Shown here: piece after piece, positions 1-12,575 of the stretch | Numbering within the stretch: position 1 is the first letter of the stretch | Layout of the letters: the number at the start of each line of letters is the position of its first letter | NCBI RefSeq assembly: GCF_033153115.1 | Contig: NW_026889803.1 | Coordinates: 27,652,001 to 27,716,000, forward strand | From: Saccostrea echinata | Taxonomy: Eukaryota | Reading direction: 5' to 3' | Length of the DNA stretch: 64,000 nucleotides | Made by a program: the position numbers and the translations under genes | The notes under the pieces: model-generated | What the model saw: only the letters and a program-made list of their open reading frames with translations | Database searches by the model: none | What the model was told of the DNA's origin: nothing

Positions 1-399
1 CATCACCCATTTATGAAACGTCCCAAATCGTTTCATTATTATTGTATATAGAAGTTTCAGGAGAGATCTGTTACGACTTGAGTGTAAATCTCCTAAAAAT
101 CATACCCAGTAATATTCTTTCCCAAATTCAGATTATCATGTAAGACTACTACATATATTTTATATTGCATGTTAACATTATCAAGCGAGTTCCCCCCGTC
201 TTAAAATAGTTTGTTTATTTGTTTATATGCATATGATTCTGTGTTCACCGCAATATTTCGCCTGTGTTTTTTTTGTTTGTTACAATGTCATTTTTCTTAT
301 ATCCATATTTCCTTGATATTTTGTAAAGAAAGAAAATTAAATAAATAAAGAAAAAATGATTGAGTTCTATTCATCATACCTAAATAATGTCAAGTTTAT

Positions 400-465
400 A
401 ATTTTGAATTTACAGGGTGGCAGTAAATACAAAATTTACTGCTTCCTGGTCGTAAATTCAAAATT
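400..465. repeat. Long imperfect palindrome, probably the core of a foldback/MITE element
   Basis: AATTTTGAATTTAC (400-413) pairs with GTAAATTCAAAATT (452-465). Inner GCAGTAAAT (420-428) pairs with ATTTACTGC (434-442) around a 5-nt loop. Confidence 0.8.
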
Positions 466-1394
466 TACAAAATGACAACTCTGTTAAAAGATACAAAATC
501 TAAGCATTGCAAGTTTAGTTATGTGCTATATTGTATCCTGAACAATAAAATATTTTTCCCTTTTTATGTTCAATTGAATAACATTACTAAGTATAAAAAC
601 AAGACATGCATTTCACTACTTATACTAGACACTTCGTGTCCACTGTAGATGAACATGCACCACAGCTTACTTGTCTGTTCTTATACGGATCCACGGTTTT
701 TTGTCATTGATTTTCTCATTCTCATTCTCAAAGATTACAAGAATTAAGATTCAATGAAAGTCCGTATCTAATGAATAGAATAGATAAAATTTTTATCTAA
801 TTTTATCATTAACTAAATTTTTTGCAGCTTTATTAGCTTAACATTTTGTTGTCTTTCTTCCATAACATTCAGCTATAAAAGTGCTTTAACGATGCATCTT
901 AAGTTATTGTAGCAAGGCAGATCAAGGTCCACAAAGACCAAAAGGGGCTCAAAATAATTTCCTAATTAAAACTAACGAAATTAAAATTTCTTAATTTAAA
1001 AGCAGAGAAATTGACCTTTATTTTCTACAGACATAAATTTCAATACCTAAAACACATTTTGTCTGTTTCCTTTCACATCAACGCCAAAAGACATAACATC
1101 ATTTGCCTTTGATACATGAATGACGTTATGTTAAAATATTTGTACAGTAACTAATAAAAGGTGCATTTATCATTTTAAGCAGCTAAAAAACCATGTTAAA
1201 TTTTCTATTTTAATTTATATTTAATGAAAATGCACGAGTTTTGAATAATTAGTAAACTGAAATACCAATCATGTAGTAAAAAGTAAATTTATCTTTGTTG
1301 TAATTATATTTGAAAATGACATTTTACATAATTTTACTATTCCAGGTTAGATGTAAATGTCACACTATCCATTGGTTTCGGAATTGCTCCCCCC

Positions 1395-1407
1395 CTCTCT
1401 CTCTTTT

Positions 1408-1440
<33 letters not shown>
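1395..1440. repeat. (CT)n microsatellite
   Basis: Interrupted CT dinucleotide run. Confidence 0.9.
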
Positions 1441-1442
<2 letters not shown>

Positions 1443-2013
1443 GAAGTAAATGGAAGCTACTTATCCTCATAGAGGATTTGTGAGAAGACATGAAAAATAA
1501 AAAAACGAGAACTGCGACATTTAAAAAACGATGAAAATTAACTTTTCAATATTGGTTTCTTGAAAGAAAGAAAGTAATGAGCACTGTTGTACACCGTGAA
1601 TACATTTTCTTTTCATGTATCTTTGTTGAGCTTTCTTTGTTTTTTAAAATTGTTTTATTAAAGCTAGTTCAATACTTATTCACTGGCATGTTCACTGATA
1701 ATCAAGTATATATAGTTCAGTAATCAAAATCCTTTTAAAATGAATTACTTAATTATAAACATTAAACAAACTGATTAAAGTCACGTTAGATAATATGGAA
1801 TTACAAGTTAATCTGAAGGTGTGGTACTCATATTAAATGCATTTTATTGTCGAATTGAAAGAAAGAAGAAAAAAACACCAAATAGCCAGATAAACTTATT
1901 ATTAAAAACGTCTCTAGAAATAGAAGTAATAATTTTTTTTAATTCACTCATAATTGTCAATCACACTTGCTTTTTTATGCATGAATAAGCAGTTAAAAAG
2001 AGTGTACATTTAA

Positions 2014-2210
2014 AATCTAATTAGAACATAGAATGATCAGAATAATTATTCCACCATATATGTCAAATTTGTAATTAACATTGCATAAAGGAATTGTTGG
2101 AATAAAGTTGATTATTAATCTAATTAGAACATGAGAGTTATCAGAGTTATCTATTCTTTTAACATATCAAACCTATAATTAACTATCGTAGACAAGATTT
2201 GTTGTATGTT
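2014..2210. repeat. Diverged tandem duplication, period ~103 bp
   Basis: AATCTAATTAGAACAT at 2014 and 2117, each followed by alignable atcaga..tattc..tcaaa..taattaac..ttgttg. Confidence 0.75.
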
Positions 2211-2699
2211 TTTGTCACATAAGAATAAACGTCGACATCAGACGAGAATAAATTGAAAGTACAAGGAAACAGAAGAAAAGGTGAGAAATTACCAGTAATT
2301 ACCAAGCAATTAATACTGATGCAGTATTTTAGTATCCAAGCACAACTTTTAAAAATGCAAGGCAGATCCGGTATACAGTTCTTTATTAACCTTGAGCTTT
2401 ACAGCTTATCACTACAAATAAATACTTAACAAATTTACATGTACAAGTAAGCTAACAGGAGAATGTAATGACTATGTACATTTGATGTGATGTAGACAAT
2501 AAATAATTTGCCATAACTTTTCAAGTGTGTATGCTCAAGTAGACAAATTTACTTTATACAATGTATATTTAATGCACAATTTACGGGATTCAACACTTGC
2601 AAATTAAAATTTAACATACAAAAGGGTTTTTTCAGAAATGATATATTTTTGCGATTGATTTAAGCAGTACAAAATAAGATAAAATAACATAAATTGAAT

Positions 2700-3825
2700 A
2701 CGAAAAATTAAGAATTTAAACAATACAAATTATGAGCAGAACCAACATGAACCCCAGAAACAGAGGTAGGACAAGGTGCCATGGTTGTTATCTTTCCTTG
2801 CTGACCGGGTCACGCCCACCGTGTGCCCCTTGTCATGATCGGATAAACGTAAAAAATATCAGTAGAAAATTCATTGTGAAAATAATGGCCTAACAATTTT
2901 TAATGAAAAACGTCAGTCAACATTCGACCCAACGACAGGTTGTATTTGCATTGCATTGACCTTAGAATTTGCAAAATATTGACTTTAAGCAAGATCGTTC
3001 ATACCCTTGTATCATCAACTTATTTGTTAATAGTCTGCTTCGTTTTATAAATTGTTCCTACGTAGAACATGCTCTTGCGTATCTAAAAAACTTGGAGACA
3101 TAAACTCTATATGCAGGTAATGACGGTATATTGCTACAGAAATAAGGGAAGTAAATGATAGGAAAAAAGTCATCATGTTTACCATAAAATTTAGTTGTCA
3201 GTTTATCATCAATGCCTTTCTCTAGTAAAACATCCAAATATGAAACAAATATGCCAGGCTATGTGGTGTCTTTTATTTCGAGTTCAAAGGGATAAAGCGA
3301 ATCAATGTAGGAATGAAACTGAATATTATTCATTAATAAAATATCGTCTATATATCTATATGTTAAAATAAAGGCCACGGCAAGAGATTTCTTCTTTTCA
3401 TGTACAAGTTTTAAATAAATTCTGCTTCATATATAAAAACAAAAAAGGTCTGCTTATAACGGGGCACAATTAGTACCCGTGGGAATTCCAACAGATTGCT
3501 GGAAGACCTGGTCTCCGAACCACATAGATATTATCAATAAGAAACATTTTTTTAACATCAACTTCGAAGTAGTGTGTAGAATCAGAATATTTTTAACAAA
3601 ATAATTTTGCAAATGACCAATGGCAAAGTAAGTAAATTTACGAGTTCCTTTTTTATTGAAGAAGCAGTCAGTCGGCTATGATTTCAAAAAGTCCCGTCTT
3701 TAATTCATTGTGGGGAATGGTTGTGCAAAATGTTGAAAAGTATTACGTTTTAATGCTATTGATTTTGGTAAAACTTTCGTGATTTCAAATTTCCTAAAAG
3801 TCCTTTGGAGATTTGAGTATCCACG
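2700..3825 (-). mobile_element. Decayed, 5'-truncated Penelope-like retroelement (RT core, thumb and 3' UTR; probably Naiad-type)
   Basis: Minus-strand translation gives IKT*YFSTFCTTIPH (DFSTLYT motif), FQQSVGIPTGTNCAPL, YRYIDD (3343-3360), YPFELEIKDTT, SYLD, FPYFCSNIP..PAY, RYARACS, with many stops and frameshifts. I see no GIY-YIG domain after the thumb. Confidence 0.88.
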
Positions 3826-4383
3826 TCTTCTCGAATATATTGTTTTACAGTACTCCTGAAGTATCTATGTTGTAAACAGACCGTACCAAATTACAATCGT
3901 TTACTTCGTTTTGCTTCAAAGCAATGCCCCAGCTTTACGAACATATTTACTAAGTGTTGAAGTAAATTACTTACAGAAATAGCGTATTGTAAAACAGGTC
4001 TTTTTTAAAGATTTCTACGGATCAATTACACAATTTTTCATTCTCTACTATCTTTTTACCATCAATTCATTATGATTCTGCAAACATATATAATAAAGAA
4101 TAATAATGAAAGAAGTATGTTTATTGGAAAAGTTTATGTAACTAAATATCACTTTGAAGTCAGCTATGCAAAGGTACATATGTATGCTGTGATGTTATTA
4201 CAAAATTAATTTTTGAAAACAATGGTTATGCCAGAAGAAACAAAAGACTTGTTACCAGCAACATAAAAAATAGTAATGTAAAGCAAAAACAAAAGAACGA
4301 AAAACAAACAAACAGCCAAAACAAACCCAACAAAAAATTATAAAGAAAAATATAACGAACAGTAAATAATTAAGTTAACCAAA

Positions 4384-4384
4384 A

Positions 4385-4414
<30 letters not shown>
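4384..4414. repeat. (TAAA)n microsatellite
   Basis: About 7-8 tandem TAAA units. Confidence 0.9.
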
Positions 4415-4416
<2 letters not shown>

Positions 4417-7400
4417 CAGTAAACTTTAACTGTCTACTTTCCCTGAACAATTTCTTCTGAGATATTCAAGCATTGTATAAGAAAGAAGGAAAAGAAAAGA
4501 AAAACAGGAAACTGGAGAAGCTGATGAAGTTAAAAATGAGACTTGCTTGAAATATTGTATTCGACATTAACCTGATTTATGATGGTTGAGATAGTAACAT
4601 GGCATGGATGCCACAAACCGATAAAACCAAGATGAGGAAACTTTTTTGTTTCCTGTATAATTAATGTCACAAACAAATACTGAAAATATTTTCCTCACTC
4701 TCTGGATTGTCTGAAAATAATGTTGTGTTCTTTTTTAAAATTTTTACATGGGCGATTTCTTTTACCAGCATTTCCTCATATGTTTCATTCTCGATGTTCG
4801 TGATAGGAAATTTTACTATGGCAGATAGCGGCCGTCATATTACAATCTAAGAAACTTTCTTTTGTACATATACAAATTGACAAAATGTATATGTACAAAA
4901 TACAGTAAAACCTTTGCTAATCATGTTTAAACTGGTTTATATCTTATACAGTAACTTGATTTACATTTACTTACTGTCTTTACATATTTGTTTCAGCATG
5001 CTTAGACTAGAGTTGGTCTTACTAAACTCATTCTGTCTTGAAGTGGTCAATGGGTGAATTTTATCTATGATCAGATAAGAACTAAATCAATCTTCACATC
5101 AAATTTAGCTTAAAGACGAAGGTATGTTTCACTTCGAATATTTTTCATGACCTCGTCCTTAACAAGAAAAGTAGTATTCAAATGAAATTTAGAATTTGGA
5201 AATGAAAAACAAACAAGAGGCACACGATTTCGCATCCTTCGTCATAGATGGAAAAAATATCAAAGAATATAATTTAAAAACAGATTCGAAACATATTTGG
5301 TGATTTTTTTTATTACAAGTACAAATACGGAAGGATATACATGCTTCATAGAGTTGAATAATGAACATTAATTAATTACAATTTTAAAAATGTTCAAGTA
5401 CTTTTTACTAGTTAAGTTTTTAAAAGAAGGCAATAATTTCTAGAAAGCGAAATTTTAAGTACATCGTCAAAAGAATAAATCGTGTCTAACATGACTTACA
5501 GTTCAATATATAACAAGGAAACATCATAAGAAAAAAAGTTTTTGATGTTTATCGATGGGACTTAATTTAGATGAAAATATCCAATTTTCAGAAATTGCTA
5601 CCTGCATAGAAACAAAAAGAAGAGATTTTTTCAATCCTTTGTACACATGCGCGTACCAGGCTCTGCAAAACAAGAAAAATAAGAATTTGTTAGTTTTAGC
5701 AGAAAATTATGCATTTATATTAGAAATTCTGACAGTGTACTAATCATTATTGCTTATCTTAATAAATTAGGTTAATTGGGTAAGACGAGGCCATTGAGAC
5801 GAAATAAAAACTAATAGTTTATTAATAAGCAACGAGACGAGATCTCCATTGTACAACATTCCAAGAATTATTTTTAAAATATATAAAACAAGAATATTTT
5901 AATTAAGCACCCTTGCGATTACGGAAAATTTGCAACAATTTTATATAATATGTATTAATAATAGACATAATATAAGACATAAAAAATTTTCCAGAAAAAA
6001 TTATCTTTACATATTCTGACTTGTAAGGATGTATGCATGTCTTAAAAACTGTTCATAAAAAATTCTGAAATTATGACATCAAACATCATGAAGCTCAGCC
6101 TCTCTTTTTTTTAAGTTTGGAATTTTTTCAACACCAAACAAAACTATGAGAATTTCTTCCCCCATTACTCTGCTTCAGTGACCAAGAAATTGTTAACATT
6201 TTGACATAGAACCAAACGCGACTGGAGATTAAAAAATACAGTAAACAATACACCCATTAATTTTCCTTCTGTAGCACTTATTTTTTCCCCTTTTGTGTTT
6301 GCTATCAATATGGCCATATTTAGAGAACTCATGAATTTTTCATCTATTTCATTAGCTTTTAATAATCCACATTTCTCTTGACAATTAAACTCTCAGAGCG
6401 GGAGGAACAGTTTAAGTTTTTTCAATATTAGTTTTCAATAAGGTCTGACAAGTTTGACAAATTGTGGTTTTACAATTTTTCTAATTGTCCGACATCATGT
6501 CCTTATTGCTGACGCGCTGAAACAATCTAGGGATATTTTCAAGACGAAATTCCCAAAAGATAAAATACCGTGTTTCTTAATCCAATTCAGTGAGTAGAAC
6601 TGGAATAGCTATGCTAATTAGACGTGAATACGATCTGAAGTTTTAACACCTTTCATTAGATTTACGCAAGTTCCTTATATTACTGCTTTAGAATGCAGTC
6701 CCAGAAGACGAGTTTGGATGTTACACCCAATCTAGAAATTGGCAAGTCTATAGACCCCTCGACAGAATGCATAAATAAAAACAAACGACCTTTTATAGTT
6801 AGGCATTTCATTTGGGACATCGTATTCCTTTGTCACTAATCAACAAGATCTCCTTGTGGTAATGGTGCATTAAAATTGTCGTTTTGCCCGGAACTTTCAA
6901 AATGTCTGCACCAAAAATTATAAGCTCTTTTTAATTTTTAAAAAAAAAAAAAAAGAATGATGTGGAGAGAAAATTACACATACAAAGCACATTCAATTAT
7001 GAAAGTTTGAATCAAATGTATCAAAAAAGCCTACTGAATTTGAGAAGGTTACAGATCTTGTTGCTAACGTGAAATATCCAAAGAACATAAAAAATAAAGC
7101 AGAGATTTTTGAAGTTTAACTGCCTATTTATCACACACAAACAATGAATACAACAATAGCCAGGAGGTAAAAAAGCTATAAGTTTGTCATCATTGTGGTA
7201 TACACTTAGTTGTCTATTGCAGAACTCTATTGTTTATTGGGCCCATATTTGACAACTATCAACGATTTCACAATTTTTTTTTTGCTAACGATCAAACATT
7301 ACAGCGGCTTCAACTAAGACTCTAAGGGAACGTGATGGGGACCTGACTTGAAGGTTTGGTCCGGTAAGGATATAATAACGACTTTCTGTTTATATTGCGG

Positions 7401-7584
7401 TCTCAGTCATTTGACCTTGGCCTGCCGTTCAAATTGAAGTTCAAGTAAATGGCACAAATACAGAACAAAATTTGTGTAGAAATGTCAGTTTGGAAAAATG
7501 AATAAGGTTTATTTCAAAATTTGTTCACCAGTTTACAATTTCCTTTTGGTTATGTATTTCGAAGTTATGCTGAAAAGTCCATTG

Positions 7585-7698
7585 AAACAATACAAATTTG
7601 GAGCAGAGCAAACAGGACCTCTAAAAACATCAGAGGTGGGATCAGGTGCCATTGAGGGGTAAGCATCCCCTGTCGACCGGTCACACCCGCCGTGTGCT
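7585..7698 (-). mobile_element. Short 3'-terminal fragment of the same Penelope-like family
   Basis: Aligns to 2718-2828: aaacaatacaaat..gagcaga..cagaggt.gga..aggtgccat..gaccgg.tcac.ccc.ccgtgtgc. Confidence 0.8.
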
Positions 7699-10600
7699 CA
7701 TCCGTTCAAAATTTTCTCTAATTACTTGTATAAGTTTGTTATGCAACAGTTTTATAAATTGTGACTATCATAATGTCTTTTTGGTAGTTTGAAATATGAT
7801 CCGAAGTTACTCAGATGTTATAAATGATGACCTATTGGTTTGGATCAATTTAATATAAAACCCAGAGAATTATATTTTTGGAAAAGTAGAAGATTCCCTT
7901 TGAAGAAAACTGGAATGATACATATAAATGAGTGTATGGTGTACTAAAGTTGTGTATAATCTACATAATTCTATCAGATAGATATATCTGCCAGAATAAC
8001 CCAGAATAGAAAAAGCCATAAAGCTAAAAGGTCATGAGGTGACTGTATTTCTTGTCGGACAAAATGGAGATTGCAGTGGTAATTAGCACACTGGACAAAT
8101 AGAACAGAATTTTTGTCAAGTTTAACGTCACTTGACGACACAAACTTGATATGTTAATTGTCTTCACAAGAATAAATCGAAAACCTTACACCTTCAACTG
8201 TCCAGGCAAACACCCTGGGATCTGGAAATGCGTATTAAGTTTTCAATCAGGGGCAGATAATCGCCTGTCGATTCTCCTGATTGACGACACTCCAGCGCGA
8301 ATAAATCGATGTCTAGTATTTGGCTTTGATTTGTTGTCTTTTTTGTGCCATGCGACCAGATAGACGCTTCTTGTAGCTGAAATCCCTCCGACAATGTTTA
8401 CACAGTACTTGCTAAATTATCCACTAATGATAGTATGGCGGTATAGGGGTATTATTAACGTGCATTAAATCGCCATATTGACGCGAAATCCGCTTAAATG
8501 CATATTGTTGAGGTATCGTTTTTGATAAATGAAACATGATGAAAAGGTCATATCATACATTTACACTGCATGAGATCTTCCTTTATTGTCCATGGATACA
8601 TTCTGATTAAAAAATGTGATATAACTTTATCATTTAATTATTTAGGAAAAATAATTAAGAAAACAAAACAAACAAACAAACAAAAACAAAACAAAGCAAA
8701 AAGGCAAACAAAACAAAATGATACAAATTAAAAGAAAAGGAAAAGAAAATATTTAATAAAAGGTGACTTGAAAGGTTTTGATGGTAAACAGGAAAACAAG
8801 AAAATAAATAACGTGACTCAGCGTTGTCTTTGGGTAAATAAAGTTGTCTGGCTTTTATAAAGACTATGAAGCATCACTTTCATTCATTTTATGGTAATAC
8901 TAAACAATCATTTTTGCATTTTGAATACAAACTGAATTTAAACAATGAGAAAAAATGAAAAGGCATTTAAAATGATAGCTATTCATAAAACGATACATGT
9001 AATAATTTTTTTTTCTATTTTGTCAATTACACTTTATTTCTAATTTGTAGAACCAATACTTTCTGGTAAGATCTGATTGATATCATGTCAATAAAACATT
9101 GATACAACAAATCACATGAATTTGCAAAATCTTACAAGATTGATGGCCTTCGCCTCTGCATGAAGGAAATAATCAAATATGCGCTCCAAGTTAAAATATG
9201 TGAAAATTCTTTAATCAAAACGACGAAAATTGTACATTCTATTAATAAGTCAATAAATTATTATACAATTTATTCCTGCACTTTATCAAATAGCTTCATC
9301 TATAAAGGAAAACTTGAGCTAATCGTAAATCAGTGAAAGTAATTTATTACATTTCATTTTAGTCTCACTTCATACCGACGAGTTTCGTATCGTGTGCATC
9401 CATTGGTGATCTCGGTGATTTCGTTACTTCCATCGACAACTATATTTGGAATTTTCTGGATGAATGGAATAGTTTTGCTTTACTATGTATCAATTCTTTA
9501 ATTGCCAGCCTTAAAGTACTTTATCAAGGCCATACATTGCAAATAAAGGTGATGTCTACATCTTCATTATAATATTTAATTGCAACATCATCTAAGGCGT
9601 TAGTATGATTTTTACTCTGCATTTCCGTAAGGAGAAAATATTTTAGATATGAGCAATTTAATTTTCAAAAATTTATTTGAATATGAATTGGAGTTTCATT
9701 AACATATCCCAATATTACAGTGTTCATTTATAAAATATTTGTAATAAAATTTTCATAATCTTGTGTTTTCTCCTTTTCTCTTATATTCACTAACTTTTGC
9801 TCATTATTTTGAATCTTTCGGTAGATGAGATGTCATTTGCTTTCTGTTCACTAACTCTTACATTTTGCATAATTCATCCATGTATACTGATGTTTTTTTT
9901 TAGTAGTTTAATTATTGTTTTTGGATACTTGCATGACAAGATGAAAAACTCATAACTGAAGAGATATGTTTCCATTATATTTTTTTTAACTGTTTTCTCT
10001 TAGCTCTTAGGGCTATAATATTATAGATGTACTGCATACTTACAAAGTATACTTTTAGTAGTTGGAAATATGATTATCGTTTGTCGATATCTCGACTGCC
10101 AAAAAATCTTACATTTTCAAATTACTTTAAGAGAAGGCACTACTCATTCATTTTACAATTGCAGCTTAGAATAATTCAAAAACCATTTTGTGTGAAAAAA
10201 AATCTTTTCCCCTCGAAAAACTCTACACCTGTCGAAGGATTTTAATGAAAAAGCTGAATTTTCAATTGTCATATTCATGACACACTTGTCAAAAGAAGGC
10301 ATTTGTAAATCAATAAAGAATGAGGTTTGACATGTCATATTTTTTCTTTCGATTTGTTTCCGTCAATATTAAACAGGCATCAAATATGATTTGATTGAAT
10401 AGGATCATGTACATACATCGGGACTTTGTCACTTAAGCTAGGCCGCGTGAGAAAAAACAGATTCGGCTGTAGGCATGTGCAAGCCTAATATTTGATCAAT
10501 TTAGTGTGTCAAAAATTAATTAATTCGTCATTAAAAGGCGAGAAAAATATGTATCTAATGCCAAGTAAACAGATGCGAATCGCCCAAACTTTGAATCTCC

Positions 10601-12245
10601 ATTCAAGTGACTAAGAGCTCATTTATATTTTTTGGCATTGCAAATCATATTGACAACTTTTTTGTTAGGCATAGTAGTATTCTTCTGACCAGAGCACAAA
10701 TCTGAAGTTTGAATGTCGAGGGAAAAAAACGAAACAAAGAAAATGGCAGTTATTGCAGATTAAACCGTATGTTGTACATGTATGTATTTAACATTCAAAA
10801 TAATAAGGCAAGCTTGAATCATTTTCTAAAGACTACAGAATATGCATAAACGCATCAAAAACTATCAAATCTCTTTAAGTATCCTCTCACTCGTCGATAT
10901 GGTATCTATTACCCATCCCTGAAAACATACGTTCTCGCTTTAACAGAATTTATGGGAAATAAACTTTTGATTAGGTTTTACCGGAAATTGACTTTGACTT
11001 AGAAATAGCCTTATGACGCCTGTTTAGAGATTCTGACACTTTTTTGCAGAGTATTATTGTCTTTCTGCTCACGTAGCATCATGTTGCTTCCGTTTTACAA
11101 GCTTTTGCCGCACAAGACGACAATTTTGATTACGTCATCGTTTTCTGTTTAGTATCACTTAGTCAAGAGCATTAAAATGTTTCCGGATCACTTTCTTATC
11201 CCCCCCTTTAATTTGTTGGTGATTATATTCAATTTAAATGTTCAAATATCAAGATATATAAATAAATTTTCTTATCAAGCCTACTGATATATTGGTTAAT
11301 TAATTTATATATGTTTATACAAACAAAAGAAAACGATCTCAAAATTCATAAGTTTGAAAGAATTTAGTATCAAAAAGAAAAAATATACCACATCGCTTTC
11401 AATTTTACTCTAGAAGTTAATTCTTAGAATAGAATAGACGACCAAAGACGAATTATTCTGAGTAGCATATACTTGAACTTTAAAATTATTCCTGAACTTT
11501 GAAAAAAGTATCGAAATGTTACGACGTTCAGAGAAATACCTTTTTAAATGACAATGCAGCATTCATGAATTCCCTATTTTGATTTCTGTGTGATAATTAA
11601 TAATAATATCAACTAGGTATTCATTAAAAGTATTTAATCTGGTCATATTATAAGGTAGACCTTTTTCAAAATATAATTTTTTTTTAATTAAAAAAAAATT
11701 CCATAAAGAATTTCAATTCCACACATGAACATGTCATATTACTGTTGACGGATTTAACTTTCATAATGCGCATTGTCTCCTTGTTTTAACAACAGTCAAT
11801 AACTGCAGTTCTTGTAACATATTATTAATTAGTTAATAATTAGCATAAAATCATTAATCTTTATTTGTTAATGTAATACTCTCTTTCTGCAAAGTAATTC
11901 CACCCACTAACATTCTTTGTAAATCCATTTACCACAACACCGAGGTTTTTCTTTCTGTCAATAAGACTGAATAAACAGATGATGGAAAGATTTTTTTTGA
12001 ATAAATAAAACTATAGAGCTGAACTTTCGATATAATTGGTACATTCTTTGATAAGGAAATTTCGTTAAATGTGATACATTGAAAAAAGTTTACAAATCAT
12101 CCTCTTTTTTGTTTTATTCAAAGGTCATATAAGGAAATCTTTTTTTTTTATAATACTTTTGAGTGTATGCGATAAAAGCGTGTTTTTAAGTTTTGTAAAT
12201 ATTTAAAAAATTATACATATTTTATTCCATACCAAGCACCTTGTT

Positions 12246-12252
12246 TATATAT

Positions 12253-12334
<82 letters not shown>
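12246..12334. repeat. (TA)n microsatellite
   Basis: Long AT dinucleotide run; explains spurious ORF 12241..12471. Confidence 0.95.
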
Positions 12335-12336
<2 letters not shown>

Positions 12337-12511
12337 ACAGTGGTCGGTAAGTTAGAGATAAAATTAAAAAGAAAGAAACACGAAAACGTTAAGCATTTTC
12401 ATTTTAAATCTTCAGAAGTTTTACGTGATACTCGTTGTAAAGCTTCTAATATTGGAATTGAAAGTGCTTAAGCTTTACTTAACGTTTTCATATGCCTTCT
12501 TCTTTTTTTAA

Positions 12512-12572
<61 letters not shown>
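12512..12572. repeat. Compound (AT)n(GA)n microsatellite
   Basis: About 10 AT units directly followed by about 20 GA units. Confidence 0.95.

Positions 12573-12575
<3 letters not shown>

Noticed and set aside
2890-3500. Selenocysteine recoding in the Penelope-like RT
   Set aside because: The conserved Cys positions I could read (TNCAP, FCSN, ARACS) use TGT. The stops seen are TAA/TAG from decay, and no clear SECIS is visible.
4520-4560. Hammerhead-like CTGATGA...GAAA near the PLE
   Set aside because: Stems II and III do not form with the required geometry.
12241-12471. 76-aa YI-repeat ORF
   Set aside because: Translation of the (TA)n microsatellite.
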